The position numbers were made by a program, and so were the translations under genes. Below the pieces are notes generated by a model. That model was not told the DNA's origin, did no database searches, and worked only from the letters and a program-made list of their open reading frames with translations. A stretch of DNA of 64,000 nt, taken from NCBI GenBank assembly GCA_965208615.1, contig CBDBPB010000004.1, positions 128,001 through 192,000 on the forward strand, in the 5' to 3' direction. This DNA is from Spirochaetota bacterium. Its GTDB lineage: Bacteria; Spirochaetota; UBA6919; CBDBPB01. Below, in pieces: positions 1 through 9,702 of the stretch; within the stretch, counting starts at the first letter, position 1, and the number at the start of each line of letters is the position of its first letter.

Positions 1-848
1 TGCTTTTCAGTAAGGCCGGTACCTAGCAATCCAACTACATTATCAATACCCATTTGATGAGCCATAATTACATCAAAATATCCCTCTACCAAGATTACCA
101 GTCCATTTTTAAATATGCCGTTTTTAGCAAGGTTTAATCCATAAAAAACCTCTCTTTTTTTAAAATAATAATTTTCAGTGGAATTAAGATATTTTGGATT
201 AGAATCATCTAATACCCTTCCTCCAAAAGCAATAACTCTATTACTCTCATCGTATATAGGAAAGATTATCCTATTTCTAAAATAATCATAAGGCTTATTA
301 TTTTTACCTTTAACAATTAAACCACTCCTATACTGATTTTCTAGTGAATAATGATCATTAGTTAATTTGCTATTAAGAAGAGTCCAGTTATCCACAGCAT
401 AACCAAGACCAAATTTATCTATAGAAGGCTTAGTAATAGAACGCTTTTTAAGATAAGCTAAGGCAGTTCTACCATACGGCTGAAAAAGGTAATAATTATA
501 TGCTTGTAAGGCTTTTTTAAAAATATTAATAAGAAATGAATATTGTTCTTTTTTATTATTTGAATAGCTGTCAATATTAAGTCCAACATACTTAGCAGTT
601 TCTCTTAGAGCGTTAACAAATGGAATGTTTTTATATAACATAAGGAATGTAAATATATTACCACTCTTTCCACAGCCAAAACAATGAAAAAAGTTTTTCT
701 CTTCGCTAACCGTAAAAGATGGAGTCTTTTCGCTATGAAAAGGACATAATCCAACATAATTACGTCCCTGTTTTTTCAGGGTTACATACTGCTGTATAAT
801 TTCTTTTATGTTAGCCCTTTGCTGAACCTCATCAATTATATTACTCAT
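1..848 (-). CDS. dnaG: DNA primase (5' part; runs off the window edge)
   Basis: Not in the ORF track. Manual translation from ATG at 848 gives MSNIIDEVQQRANIKEIIQQYVTLKKQGRNYVGLCPFHSEKTPSFTVSEEKNFFHCFGCGKSG (CHC2 zinc finger), later FGGRVL, KYLNSTE and LVEGYFDVIMAHQ (TOPRIM). Confidence 0.97.
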   Translation of the reverse strand, partial: MSNIIDEVQQRANIKEIIQQYVTLKKQGRNYVGLCPFHSEKTPSFTVSEEKNFFHCFGCGKSGNIFTFLMLYKNIPFVNALRETAKYVGLNIDSYSNNKKEQYSFLINIFKKALQAYNYYLFQPYGRTALAYLKKRSITKPSIDKFGLGYAVDNWTLLNSKLTNDHYSLENQYRSGLIVKGKNNKPYDYFRNRIIFPIYDESNRVIAFGGRVLDDSNPKYLNSTENYYFKKREVFYGLNLAKNGIFKNGLVILVEGYFDVIMAHQMGIDNVVGLLGTGLTEK

Positions 849-981
849 ACAATCTAAATGTATCCCTATACGGTTTATTAATGTTATAAAAAAAATAAGT
901 TAACATTAAAATAATAAAAGTCAACTTTTGCATTTTAATACATTAAAAGTAGTATTTCTATTTTTTTAATACCTTTGTACG

Positions 982-2850
982 TTAAACTGTCTTGTTCAGC
1001 ACACTAACTCTATTAAGAGCCTTTTTAAGTTCAGCTATGTTAAAATCTATTCCACTTAGAATATGTTCATATAAGCTAATGGAGCGTTTAGCAGTTTTAA
1101 GCTCATTATTTTCTTTTTCCTGTTTATTTAATTGGCTATCCTTATCAGAGTCAATATCGTGTATTATACTTTGTATAGTTATACTTATTAAGCCATTTAT
1201 AGTATTATCCTTAGTAATTAATTTATCTATTTCATTTAGCTTACAATTAATTTCCTTTACTCGTTTAGGATAGGGCTTTTTATGTGTTATACTTTTAAGT
1301 ATAACATCATAAAGTTCTTTTGCAAGATTTTTTCCATACTCTACTTTTTTTTTCAGACCAGAAAAAGTTATTATAACCTCATCCAAAGCCTTTAGGAGCT
1401 CAGTTAAATTAATATTATCGCAATTGGTATTATCTATATCTATATTGAAGTTAGAATGTTTAAAATATTTATCTATGACTTTTTCAAAGGACATAGTTAT
1501 ACAGTTTTTTTTAACTGCTCCACCTTCAGTAGCATCTATAACTGTTTGATCGGTTTCAGCAAACTTACTCTCAAGCCACTTTTGGAACATATAAAACTTT
1601 CTATCACTTTTAACATACTGATTATTATATCCTTTTACATTAAAGGTATTAGACTTTTCTAGCAAGTTCCAGTTAAAGTAATTTATATTTTTAAAGCGAG
1701 TTGATAAATAAAAGCAATTTTCTTCAAAGTAAGTTCCCTTTAGGTGAGTTTGATTATCAGAATAGGCTAAGTCCAATCCTATAAAAACGATAGGATTACA
1801 TCCCATTTTTTTAGCAAGGCCATAAGCGGCGGTAACAACAGAGCCGCCAATTTCTATTTCGCCCTTTTCGCCAGTAAAGCCTTCAAGCCACTTGACTAAA
1901 TGAAATGCTGAACCAAGTATCAACTTTTTATTACTATATGCATTAAAAATATTCGGAGAGATAGAGGATTCACAAACCAAAACAGTATTACTATCTTTTA
2001 GATTTTCAAAATACTTTTTATTTACATATTGGGGATCAATGGCTATAGCAAAGTCAGGTTCTATTCCGTAATATTGAAGTACTTGTAGAGCGGTATCAAC
2101 GGCTATTATGATAGCTTTTCCTTTAACCTTTTTTAATAGATTAATATTTTTATTTAAAGACGGTCCAGCGGCCACTATAACACAAGGATGCCTATATTTA
2201 TCAAAGGTAATGTTTACGCCTTTGTATAGGATAAAAGGTATAATATTTTTTAATATATTTCTTGACCATAACCTCTGAAAACGGTTTAATGTGGCAATAT
2301 TAATACCCTTACTATTGTTGAAGTTTCTAATCGCCTCGACCAATTTATCATAAAAATCTGGATACATCTGCTTTGAGGGCTTATGAACTATAAAACCTAT
2401 ATTAGAAGTTTTAAACTCTTTTATATAATCTATTAAAGTTTGTGGTGAGCTATCAAATACAAAGTGTATTCTAGGGTTAGTAAAAATCTTACTAAGGTTA
2501 CGATTTTCAAGGGCAATCTTCAAAACAACCCAATCAAAGTCAAAAATAATAACCTTACAGCTTTTAAAAATAGATAAGGCGGCCTCAACAAGGTAGCCCA
2601 ATGCAAACCCTGCGATTACTAATATTTGTGGTTCTTTTGGAATAGTGGTTTTAATTAAGCTTTCAGCCTCTCTTACTGGGTTATACTTACTATGATATGA
2701 AATATATTTATCATTTTTTTTACTACCAAGGATAACATCCCCTGATTTAGCTTTATCTATCTTATAATCAGAGGATATATCAACCTCATTGATTTTTTCA
2801 ATCCACTTTGGATAATACTTATTGAATATAAAATAGTTCTGTTCTATCAT
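982..2850 (-). CDS. Motility-associated factor (Maf)/DUF115 family protein, putative flagellin glycosyltransferase
   Basis: 622 aa; YHSKYNPVREA N-terminus, IVAAGPSLNKNI, IAVDTAL, GGSVVT, GCNPIVFIGLDLAY and IDATEGGA motifs typical of MAF_flag10/DUF115. Confidence 0.85.
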   Translation of the reverse strand: MIEQNYFIFNKYYPKWIEKINEVDISSDYKIDKAKSGDVILGSKKNDKYISYHSKYNPVREAESLIKTTIPKEPQILVIAGFALGYLVEAALSIFKSCKVIIFDFDWVVLKIALENRNLSKIFTNPRIHFVFDSSPQTLIDYIKEFKTSNIGFIVHKPSKQMYPDFYDKLVEAIRNFNNSKGINIATLNRFQRLWSRNILKNIIPFILYKGVNITFDKYRHPCVIVAAGPSLNKNINLLKKVKGKAIIIAVDTALQVLQYYGIEPDFAIAIDPQYVNKKYFENLKDSNTVLVCESSISPNIFNAYSNKKLILGSAFHLVKWLEGFTGEKGEIEIGGSVVTAAYGLAKKMGCNPIVFIGLDLAYSDNQTHLKGTYFEENCFYLSTRFKNINYFNWNLLEKSNTFNVKGYNNQYVKSDRKFYMFQKWLESKFAETDQTVIDATEGGAVKKNCITMSFEKVIDKYFKHSNFNIDIDNTNCDNINLTELLKALDEVIITFSGLKKKVEYGKNLAKELYDVILKSITHKKPYPKRVKEINCKLNEIDKLITKDNTINGLISITIQSIIHDIDSDKDSQLNKQEKENNELKTAKRSISLYEHILSGIDFNIAELKKALNRVSVLNKTV

Positions 2851-2938
2851 AAAGCAATTATCGACAACACTTTTATAATGGTTTAAAAATAAAGCAGTTT
2901 ATATAAGCTTAAAAAGAAGGAGTTTTAAGTTAGTTATT

Positions 2939-3010
2939 GTTACTAGTTGCTTTAGTAATGTAGAAAGCATTATAACTTAGCTTATATATTTAAAACTTAA
3001 AACATAGATA
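2939..3010 (+). repeat. Degenerate copy of the array core unit just upstream of array A
   Basis: GTTACTAGTTGCTTTAGTAATGTAG...TATATTTAAAACTTAA resembles the array C core GTTACTAATTGTTTTAGTAGTGTAG...TCTATTTAAAGCTTAG. Confidence 0.55.
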
Positions 3011-3027
3011 AAATCTATTTAGGAGTT

Positions 3028-3916
3028 GTTAATAATTGTTCTAGTGGTATAGAGCAAAAGTATTCTAAGTTAGTTTATCTTTTTAAAGCTTCCTGAAGTG
3101 CAGTTAGTAATTGTTCTAGTGGTGTAGAGCAAAAGTATTCTAAGCTAGTTTATCTTTTTAAACTTCCTAAAGTGCAGTTAGTAATTGTTCTAGTGGTGTA
3201 GACCAAAAGTATTCTAAATTAGTTTATCTTTTTAAACTTCCTAAAGTGCAGTTAGTAATTGTTCTAGAGGTATAGACCAAAAGTATTCTAAGTTAGTTTA
3301 TCTTTTTAAACTTCCTGAAGTGCAGTTAGTAATTGTTCTAGTGGTGTAGACCAAAAGTATTCTAAGTTAGTTTATCTTTTTAAACTTCCTAAAGTGCTGT
3401 TAGTAATTGTTCTAGTGGTGTAGAGCAAAAGTATTCTAAGTTAGTTTATCTTTTTAAACTTCCTAAAGTGCTGTTAGTAATTGTTCTAGAGGTATAGAGC
3501 AAAAGTATTCTAAGTTAGTTTATCTTTTTAAACTTCCTAAAGTGCTGTTAGTAATTGTTCTAGTGGTATAGAGCAAAAGTATTCTAAGTTAGTTTATCTT
3601 TTTAAACTTCCTAAAGTGCTGTTAGTAATTGTTCTAGTGGTGTAGAGCAAAAGTATTCTAAGTTAGTTTATCTTTTTAAACTTCCTAAAGTGCTGTTAGT
3701 AATTGTTCTAGAGGTATAGAGCAAAAGTATTCTAAGTTAGTTTATCTTTTTAAACTTCCTAAAGTGCTGTTAGTAATTGTTCTAGTGGTGTAGAGCAAAA
3801 GTATTCTAAGTTAGTTTATCTTTTTAAACTTCCTAAAGTGCAGTTAGTAATTGTTCTAGAGGTGTAGACCAAAAGTATTCTAAGCTAGTTTATCTTTTTA
3901 AACTTCCTAAAGTGCA
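3028..3916 (+). repeat. Tandem array A: 12 x 74-bp units (first unit 75 bp)
   Basis: Unit GTTAGTAATTGTTCTAGWGGTRTAGASCAAAAGTATTCTAAGTTAGTTTATCTTTTTAAACTTCCTAAAGTGCW starts at 3028, 3103, 3177, 3251 ... 3843; no unique spacers. AGATAAAATCTATTTAG occurs on both sides (3006-3022, 3916-3932). Confidence 0.98.
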
Positions 3917-4500
3917 GATAAAATCTATTTAGTAATTGTGTTATAATAATTTTTTATCTAAAAGCTATAGTAATTACTAACTGGGGAGGATGGCGTTTTT
4001 TTTTTGATATTAGGTTATTTAAAGGGATATTATTTAATAATTTAGTTATCATTTTATGATAGAGTTATGACTAGTCATACAAGGTAAAAAGGCAAGACAT
4101 ATAACGTAAAGGGAAGTGAATTCCAGATTTCTTTATGGAACAGGAAAGTTAAGATATTCATGAAAAAGTTATTTTCTTGTGTCAAGCAGGTTATCCCTTT
4201 ATGCTCTTTAAGTGCTGTTTAAATGCCTTAGCAATGAACACAAAATATCACTTTTTATGCAAGTAGTCATCACTACGAGAGCTATTAAGAATCCCTTACT
4301 GAGACTAAGAATTATAGACCTTTATTAAGTGATAACGGATTTGCTGTTCCATAAAAGCTTAGAGGGGATTATTGGAATATTCTATATTGACTTTATATGT
4401 AATTTTCTATGTGAATTAAAAATAATAGAACAGCTTATATCTATAAAAATTGATAAATCTAGAACGCTTTTACTATAACCTACTAGAACATTTGATAATA
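3917..4500 (+). repeat. Dispersed non-coding element, copy A body (MITE-like or structured ncRNA); 304-bp inner module at 4097-4400
   Basis: 4011-4400 is near-identical to 26914-27303 and 54688-55077, and similar to the reverse complement of 43772-44150; nested inverted repeats; no ORF of 60 aa or more. Confidence 0.93.
3939..3947 (+). promoter_or_regulatory. Candidate extended -10 promoter (TGTTATAAT) pointing into the element body
   Basis: TGnTATAAT here and at 54614-54622 in copy D; copy B has TGTTGTAAT. AT-rich background weakens the call. Confidence 0.4.
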
Positions 4501-4560
4501 ACTTTTATATATTAAACCCACTCTTAAATATATTAGTAAATTTTATATGATATAAATATA

Positions 4561-6381
4561 CTAAAAAGTTAAAAACATAAAACAAAATATCATAATTATA
4601 GTCGGAATAATAGCATATTGTAGCAACCTAGCAGGTGATACAGTATTATCAGGAAAAAACTTCTTTAAAATAGACTGTCCAGCAGGATTAGGTGCATTAG
4701 CTATTACCGTTAATCCTCCACCAGCTACCGCTCCAGCAACTACTGCATACTTTAAACTAGGACTAAAATCCTTAACAAGTGTACTAAGTAAAGTAATAGC
4801 CGCGTTATCATTAAATGAAGTCAAAATAGTTGCACCAAATAATAATACCGTTTCGGATAACCTTGTTAAAATAGGCTCTATCCACCATTCCTGTACTCCC
4901 CCATGAATAACTAAACCAGCTAAAAAAAATCCCACTAAAAGAGGCGGCTTTAAGTTAATCCTATTCTGAAAATTAATTGTTACACGACTAAAACCCAAAA
5001 ATAATAAAAATCCCCCAATAAATAATGGTGGATGATGAGCGTTTATAACAGTCCATATCAAAAAACCTAAGTGAACAATCATAACCCAAGCAGGTACCCA
5101 ACCCTCTCTACTATCCCAATAAGGATCAACATATATAGCCCTTTTGCTAATAGGCAAAAGTCCAGGAAGAGTCTTCCTTAACTCATTAAGACGTGCCTTT
5201 TCAAAACTTTGATCAAATGCCTTTTCAACTAATGACTTGTTTATACCCTTTTCTTTAATCTCACTCAATATCCTTCCTTTTAAACCTATCCTTATCTTTT
5301 CAAACTCCCTGGCTAACTTATCAGTAAATCCTAACTCCTCGCCAGCAATAATCTCTGTCCTTTCAAATATTTCCTCTAACTCATCCTCTTTAATATACTT
5401 AGCCTTAAGCTCTCTCTGTAACCTAACAATAGCATATTTCTCTTGTAACCGCTCCATCTCTTTTCTAAAAAATAAAAAATATATAAAATTACTAATAATT
5501 ATCCCCATAGCGGCTTTCCAACCAAAATTACTAGCCATAAATACTAAACCCCAATCCCACTTATCAGCTACCATAAGAACAGGAGGTGCCGCAAAATGAG
5601 TAAGAGTACCACCAACAGATACATTAACAAATAATAAAGCTAATGTGGCATACTTAAAACTATTACTAGGCTCAAGATTATAAAACTTCTCCCCCAATAA
5701 AATAGCGGCTATAGTCATAGCCGCAGGCTCAGTAATAAATGAACCCAAAAGAGGTCCAAAAGTAAGAATAGTAAACCACCAAGAAATTAACATTCCCTTA
5801 GCTAAATTAGCAATCCGCCACATCAACATCTCTGAAAACTTTAAAACAGGCCTGCTAGAGGCTAAAGTCATAATAACCATAACAAAAAGTGGCTCGGTAT
5901 ACTTAACCTCATAGTTAAAATAATGAATAGCCGACTCCCATCCATAAATACCGCATATAGCCATGCCTAATACTACGCTCCATAAACCAAATACTACCTC
6001 TATCTCACCTAAAAAATGAAATACCTCTACCCCAAAATGATGAGAATGCTTATGAACCCTCCCCTCCTTTTTTAAAAGATCATGCTCATGAGCCCACTTA
6101 TGAGAAATACGAGTAAACATACTACTCAAAAATGTATGTATAATAGCAAATAAAAATATTATAGTCCCAATCAAATAAAAAGGATGCTTTATTATCCTAT
6201 TATATAAAATATCAACTAAACTATCATCCTTACTATAACTATCCAACTTTGGTGGAAAATCTAACTTACTGCTTGCATTATCCATAGGTGAACTATCATC
6301 ACTAACAGCAGAGTAAACTATAACAGCAATCCCAAAAGTAAATAATAATAAGACTATAAGCTTTTTTACAGAGCCTTTCAT
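4561..6381 (-). CDS. Putative Na+/H+ antiporter (DUF1504 family)
   Basis: 606 aa multi-TM protein; HFLGEIEVVFGLW, GSFITEPAAMT, NVSVGGTLTHFAAPPVLMVA and GGGLTVIANAPNPAG motifs. Confidence 0.85.
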   Translation of the reverse strand: MKGSVKKLIVLLLFTFGIAVIVYSAVSDDSSPMDNASSKLDFPPKLDSYSKDDSLVDILYNRIIKHPFYLIGTIIFLFAIIHTFLSSMFTRISHKWAHEHDLLKKEGRVHKHSHHFGVEVFHFLGEIEVVFGLWSVVLGMAICGIYGWESAIHYFNYEVKYTEPLFVMVIMTLASSRPVLKFSEMLMWRIANLAKGMLISWWFTILTFGPLLGSFITEPAAMTIAAILLGEKFYNLEPSNSFKYATLALLFVNVSVGGTLTHFAAPPVLMVADKWDWGLVFMASNFGWKAAMGIIISNFIYFLFFRKEMERLQEKYAIVRLQRELKAKYIKEDELEEIFERTEIIAGEELGFTDKLAREFEKIRIGLKGRILSEIKEKGINKSLVEKAFDQSFEKARLNELRKTLPGLLPISKRAIYVDPYWDSREGWVPAWVMIVHLGFLIWTVINAHHPPLFIGGFLLFLGFSRVTINFQNRINLKPPLLVGFFLAGLVIHGGVQEWWIEPILTRLSETVLLFGATILTSFNDNAAITLLSTLVKDFSPSLKYAVVAGAVAGGGLTVIANAPNPAGQSILKKFFPDNTVSPARLLQYAIIPTIIMIFCFMFLTF

Positions 6382-7019
6382 TCTATTAACCCCTTTTTTC
6401 TCATTGTATAAATAACTAGATCAGAAGCGTCTTCCAAAGATATTCTCGACATGTTAATAATTAAATCATAATAATGAGGATCAGAAACATCAGTAAAAAA
6501 ATAATCCCGAATAAAGGCATCTCTATCCTTCTGCATCTTAGTAATAAATTCTTTGCTTTCTATAATAGAAATACTCTTCTGTTTTGCCATCTGATCAATC
6601 CGCCAGTCCATAGTAGCTATAACTCGTACATGAAAACCATTTAATAACTCATGGGTAATAAAACATCCTCCTCTACCAACAATAATACTATTACCAGCAA
6701 TGGAAAGAGACTTAATCACCTTTGCCATCTTACTAAAAATTACAAAACGTTCAGGCTTATTAGTAATAAGTTTATTAAAAAACTCTGTAATAGTACTATC
6801 AGCAGGCTTGTCTAAAGACTCAACCAACTCCTTAGATAACTTTTCATCCTTTTCAATTTTAGCTAAAATCTCTTTATTATAGCTCTTCCACGGCGGATCA
6901 GACTTCTTAGTATTAAGTTTATCCTCAATCTTCTTAGCCAATACCCATCCTTCTGAGCCAAACTCCCTGGATAACGTAATAAAGGGCTTTTTATCATACA
7001 TATTATAACTACCTTTCAT
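6378..7019 (-). CDS. Cytidylate kinase-like family protein
   Basis: ITLSREFGSEG P-loop-like start, IIVGRGG, DPHYYDLIIN C-terminus; overlaps the antiporter start (ATGA). Confidence 0.85.
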   Translation of the reverse strand: MKGSYNMYDKKPFITLSREFGSEGWVLAKKIEDKLNTKKSDPPWKSYNKEILAKIEKDEKLSKELVESLDKPADSTITEFFNKLITNKPERFVIFSKMAKVIKSLSIAGNSIIVGRGGCFITHELLNGFHVRVIATMDWRIDQMAKQKSISIIESKEFITKMQKDRDAFIRDYFFTDVSDPHYYDLIINMSRISLEDASDLVIYTMRKKGLIE

Positions 7020-7081
7020 AACTTTATAGTATACATAATGTAAAAAAATATTAGTCTATAAAATAACAACAAGTATTTCTT

Positions 7082-8020
7082 TTAGTTTTCTTGAACTGTA
7101 ACAATTTTCATCCAATCAAGAAAACTAAGAGTTTCACCCTTTTCTTTAACTGCTATTACTGGTACATTAAGATTATGTATTAATTTCTCCGTTATACTAC
7201 CAAGTAATACCGATGTCATAAAATTTCGCCCCCTTGCTCCAACAACAACAAGGTGGATGCCTAACCTATCAATTTCTTTTTGGATCGCCTTAACAGGCTT
7301 TTCATCAAGAACAAAATTAATCTTTACATCTATATTATTAAGATCAACCGTATTAATAAAATGGCGGTATTCATTTTCAGCATTATTTTTCATCGCATTA
7401 GCAAATTCTTCTTCGTTCTTCCCAGTCTTATAATATCCAGACGGCAGACTAAATGTATGTATAGCGTATATTATAGACTGACCCGATGCTAAAGCATACC
7501 TAATAGCTATTTCCATAGCCTCATTAGAATGTTTAGAAAAGTCTACTGGAACAAGTATTCTTTCAATATTAGCCTCTATATTAACTGGGACTATCAATAC
7601 AGAACAAGGAGACTTTCTTGTTAACTTATCTGGAATAGTCCCCCCACTATATAATAATTTTTTTCCAGTTATAACTAGGTCAATCTCCTTTCTGACAGTC
7701 ATACGAAGCAAGCCCAATAACCTTGAACCCTCTCTCACCTCACATCTAACCTTAGTAGTCTTTGGCCCAATAAAGTGTTTTTTTATTGAGTCCTGCATCT
7801 TATCTTTAATAAACTCGTCTATAGGCTCTAAAAATGTATCATGATGCTTTTTAACCTCATCAGGTAAATCAAGAGTTTTGCTAATATGACAAAAATAGAC
7901 CTTATCCGAGCAAGCCAAGTTAGATATAACTGATGCCATTTTAATGACATATTCATCCCTATCGCTAAAATCAAGACAAACTAAAATTCGTTTATATCTA
8001 TACATTAAAAAGTTCCTCAA
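7082..8020 (-). CDS. Universal stress protein with tandem Usp domains
   Basis: RILVCLDFS ... SPCSVLIVP and RILVPVDFSKHS ... VVGARG ... LLGSITEKLI ... PVIAVK. Confidence 0.92.
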   Translation of the reverse strand: MRNFLMYRYKRILVCLDFSDRDEYVIKMASVISNLACSDKVYFCHISKTLDLPDEVKKHHDTFLEPIDEFIKDKMQDSIKKHFIGPKTTKVRCEVREGSRLLGLLRMTVRKEIDLVITGKKLLYSGGTIPDKLTRKSPCSVLIVPVNIEANIERILVPVDFSKHSNEAMEIAIRYALASGQSIIYAIHTFSLPSGYYKTGKNEEEFANAMKNNAENEYRHFINTVDLNNIDVKINFVLDEKPVKAIQKEIDRLGIHLVVVGARGRNFMTSVLLGSITEKLIHNLNVPVIAVKEKGETLSFLDWMKIVTVQEN

Positions 8021-8064
8021 ACATACTATTTATATAATAAGTCACATAATAGCCAAGAATTATA

Positions 8065-8682
8065 CTATTTACCGCCAAAAAGCAAACTAACAAGTTGAGG
8101 CCTTAAGTAAAACTGAAAAAAACAGTTAAAATCGTCATCAGTAAAACTAATATGGTAGTTTCCGTTTTTAGGATAAATTTTAAATCCCGCATTAATCTTA
8201 TCATCAAAATTAACTTCTAATCCAGAATTAAGAATGTCAAGAACCTTATTACTAAAATAGTCTTTTAAGCCTTCTTCATCCTTTTCAGAAAGCAGTATAC
8301 CAATGGATACCGGCTCAGAACTTTGTGTATTCCAATTTGTTATAATAGTCCCAATTATCTTTTTTAAAAAACTATTATCTTTAAAAACTTCTCTAATTGG
8401 CTCTTCCAATACTTTAACCTTTATAAGATTATCTATTCTCTCTCTAACAGCATTAATAGCCTGCCTTATTGACAGGCTCACTTCAGCTTTAGTTGAGCCT
8501 CTTAGCTCATCACCATGTCTTTTTGCATGTAATATAATCTCCTCTGCTTTAATATTAGCGTTCTTGATAATCTTTTCTGCCTTTTTTTTTGCGTTAGATA
8601 TAATTTTGTTTTTTTCAACCTCAGCTTTTTCGATGCTTTCTTTATAAATTTTTTCTGTCAACTCATCAATTTTGCTTTTCAT
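8065..8682 (-). CDS. V/A-type ATP synthase subunit E-like protein
   Basis: MKSKIDELTEKIYKE, helical N-terminus, GFKIYPKNGNYHISFTDDDF...YLRPQLVSLLF C-terminus typical of bacterial V-ATPase E. Confidence 0.85.
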   Translation of the reverse strand: MKSKIDELTEKIYKESIEKAEVEKNKIISNAKKKAEKIIKNANIKAEEIILHAKRHGDELRGSTKAEVSLSIRQAINAVRERIDNLIKVKVLEEPIREVFKDNSFLKKIIGTIITNWNTQSSEPVSIGILLSEKDEEGLKDYFSNKVLDILNSGLEVNFDDKINAGFKIYPKNGNYHISFTDDDFNCFFQFYLRPQLVSLLFGGK

Positions 8683-9088
8683 AGTAAGTTAACACCTTCT
8701 AATAAAAAAATAAAATTAATTCTCTAAATTAAAAAAACAGCTTTTATTACATAGTTAAAACCCCTATTAACACTAAGAAATACATGCTAAAATTAAAATT
8801 ATCCATATTAATTGTTATTAACTTATAGTGATAAAAATTAAACGAGGTATAATCATATTTATAAAGCTATATATTAAAATTTATGGAATTATTCCTACTT
8901 TAGTATGGAAAATTTGGATAGTTTTATAGAAAACTTTTAGATAGTCCCAAAAACTTAATTTTTAAAAAGCCTGTAACTTATAACACAATAAAACGTTAAC
9001 AATAATAGTAATTAAAAAATATTTTTATTCTTATTGGCATGATTATTGATTGTATAAAAATACACACTTCAAATTTAGGAGACTTTCT

Positions 9089-9496
9089 ATGAACAGAGTT
9101 AATTACTCTTTATTAATTACTTTCCTATTAGTAGCACCAGTAATCAGTTATATACTATACAAGAAAACAATTTATACAAAAGAATATGCTAATTATGCAA
9201 AAGCTATTATCAAAAAGTGTCAACCTTTTGTAAATACGCAACCTTCTCCCAAAAAATCTGTAAACTTTTTTTCAACGAAAGAGCTAAAACCTAAAAGAAT
9301 TACAATAAAGTCTCAAACAAAGAGAGTATCCATAAACAATAACCTATGGAAATTAAAAGAGAAGGTTATAATAGAAATTGAAAATCATAAAATACAATAT
9401 AAAGCTATTAAAAAAAGTTTTACCGTTAAAAAAAGTTTTAAGAGAAAAAAACCTTTTAAGTTAATACATTTTCCATTAAAATTATATAAATTTTAA
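9089..9496 (+). CDS. Hypothetical basic membrane-anchored protein
   Basis: ORF 9050-9496; ATG 9089 follows AGGAG; one N-terminal hydrophobic segment. Confidence 0.55.
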   Translation: MNRVNYSLLITFLLVAPVISYILYKKTIYTKEYANYAKAIIKKCQPFVNTQPSPKKSVNFFSTKELKPKRITIKSQTKRVSINNNLWKLKEKVIIEIENHKIQYKAIKKSFTVKKSFKRKKPFKLIHFPLKLYKF

Positions 9497-9569
9497 ACTA
9501 TAACCTATAATATAAAATCAAGCATACTTATTTTAAGCTTCAGAATACTTATTAAGGTAGCTATAAAAA

Positions 9570-9597
9570 CATGTGTACCCCATAATGGGTACACATG
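9570..9597 (-). terminator. Intrinsic terminator downstream of lexA, between convergent genes
   Basis: Perfect 11-bp stem CATGTGTACCC/GGGTACACATG with 6-nt loop; A5 on the left gives a U-tract on the minus strand. Confidence 0.75.
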
Positions 9598-9702
9598 AAA
9601 CAACTATTAACTTGCTTTGCAAAAGAAAAGAACGGAAATTAATTTGATAGGCAATAAGCAAACCAAAAAATGAATAGTTTGTAGTGAAGGATTAATAAAA
9701 TT

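Noticed and set aside
3028-3916. CRISPR array interpretation of arrays A, B and C
   Set aside because: Sequence between cores is essentially identical within each array (no unique spacers), and there are no cas genes in the window.
4097-4400. Integron attC/cassette interpretation (CATATAAC...TTATATG and GTTRR-like starts)
   Set aside because: The 304-bp span is far longer than attC sites, the right end has CTTTATATG rather than a GTT core, and there are no cassette ORFs or integrase.
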